Shown here: positions 62,744-64,000 of the stretch, one piece after another
Layout of the letters: every line of letters begins with the position of its first letter
Numbering within the stretch: position 1 is the first letter of the stretch
NCBI RefSeq assembly: GCF_006345805.1
Contig: NC_042997.1
Span: 143,716,001 to 143,780,000, forward strand
Direction: 5' to 3'
Source of the DNA: Octopus sinensis
Taxonomy: Eukaryota
DNA: 64,000 nt
Position numbers and translations under genes: made by a program
The notes under the pieces: generated by a model
Told to the model about the DNA's origin: nothing
Database searches by the model: none
What the model saw: the letters and a program-made list of their open reading frames with translations, nothing else

Positions 62744-63064
62744 AAATAGTGTGGTTTCTCTTTTACTCAAGCGAGATTGATACGTATATTGATTTCTAAA
62801 ATGAACACAATGCCATAAAGATTTGTAGTGGAATATAATCAATTATAACCATCTTAGTATATCACTGATTCTGTTAGTAAATCCAGAGGGATAAAAGCAG
62901 TAAGAATTTTGTTGGAAGAGGAATTAATGAGATAATGGCTGCTATTTCCAGCAAATCCAGCGTCACGTAAAGTTTCGCTTGTCATTTCGTTGCTGTTAAT
63001 GTTGAACAATGTATTGTAACGTTTAGTATGATACTCATTATAAAGAAGACGACATTGTATCTTA

Positions 63065-63280
63065 CGAGGGAGTGCAGAAACGTTCCCGGCTTGGGTACAA
63101 GAAAACAGAGGAGGATCAGTTAATTATGATCTTATTCAACAATTTTCTGTCTCAGATTCACACATTCATTGCAGCAGTCCTTCTGGTTTTCTAACCCTTG
63201 AAAAGAACTTGGAAGTTTGGGCCTCCAACAAGGCCTTCCACGAAACCTTTAAATCCCAGGAGGATTTCAGCACTCCGTCG
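63065..63280. mobile_element. mariner-type MITE (216 bp)
   Basis: TA-cgagggagtgcagaaa ... tttcagcactccgtcg-TA; a homologous remnant lies at ~57270-57385. Confidence 0.8.
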
Positions 63281-64000
63281 TATATGAAATCGACGTCTTT
63301 CTCTCTTCTGTAATCTTCACTGTAAATAATATGACGCCGTAGAATGAGCGTTTGTTAAGCTAATAACAGTAATAATACTGGGGCAAAATCAGAGGAGCAA
63401 ATAATCCTTTCTACTAAAGACACAACACTTGAAATTTGGTGGGAGGGGACTCGTCGATTACATAGATCACAGTGTTTCACTGGGACTTAATTTATCGACT
63501 CCAAAAGGATGAAAGGCGTAGTCGACCTCTGTGGAATTTGAACTGAGAACGTAGCCACGGGCGAAATACCACTAAACATTTCGGTCAGCGTGCTGTTCAT
63601 TAATTTCATTTTTCTCTGCAAGGGAGATGATATTGGTGCACATAATGGTTCCTGAAATGCATACAAAACCACAAATAATTGAGGTTGATATCGTCAGGTT
63701 CTGACGTCAGTTGTAATGGAAACCTGCTCTTGAAGGATTTCACATTACATATATAGGTCAACTTGAACAAAAAAATGAGACAAGATGGCAAAATTCTCCT
63801 TTTACGGACGATCGCATTTTACTGAAGATCACTTGTTTGGAACGAATGAAGAAACAGATACAAGGTTCTCTCACTGATTCCTGTCTCTTACGAATCTCTT
63901 TTACGGCGTAAGAGTAAAAGAATATTACCAAGCGTCACACTTCAGGAAAGAATTGTAATTGATTATATAGGCACAATTTCTTCGTCAGAATATATTTGTG

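Larger units (their letters stand above)
48100..64000. repeat. Tandem tRNA-Thr gene array with higher-order repeat structure (continues past the window end)
   Basis: 17 tRNA-like units about 0.3-1.5 kb apart in mutually homologous spacers (recurring acaatgaac.tcattataatt, cataaagaagacgacattatatcttat, ggctgctatttcc motifs). Confidence 0.9.

Noticed and set aside
48100-64000. CRISPR-like repeat-spacer appearance of the array
   Set aside because: Repeats are 74-nt tRNAs, spacers are long and homologous to each other, there are no cas genes, and the context is eukaryotic.

Overview
Eukaryotic, AT-rich, repeat-dense genomic DNA. The SINE families and microsatellite landscape look cephalopod (octopus-like); this is recognition from memory, not a database result. 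The first ~48 kb is mostly retroelement and DNA-transposon debris: a Penelope-like GIY-YIG fragment, four minimal hammerhead-ribozyme motifs, a 5'-truncated CR1/L2-group LINE, two R4/Dong RLE fragments, RTE and L1/Tx1 fragments, dozens of tRNA-derived SINEs, several MITEs and long microsatellites. A few tentative protein-coding exons are also present. Almost all ORFs in the supplied track are microsatellite or TE artefacts. The main feature is a tandem tRNA-Thr array from ~48.1 kb to the window end. It holds 6 near-intact 74-nt tRNA-Thr(AGT) genes and 11 decayed paralogs in a roughly trimeric higher-order repeat. All intact copies share a non-canonical T-stem mismatch and show compensatory acceptor-stem changes. 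The array also records a 655-bp inverted templated insertion, filled and empty SINE sites, captured TE fragments and a telomere-core foldback element.
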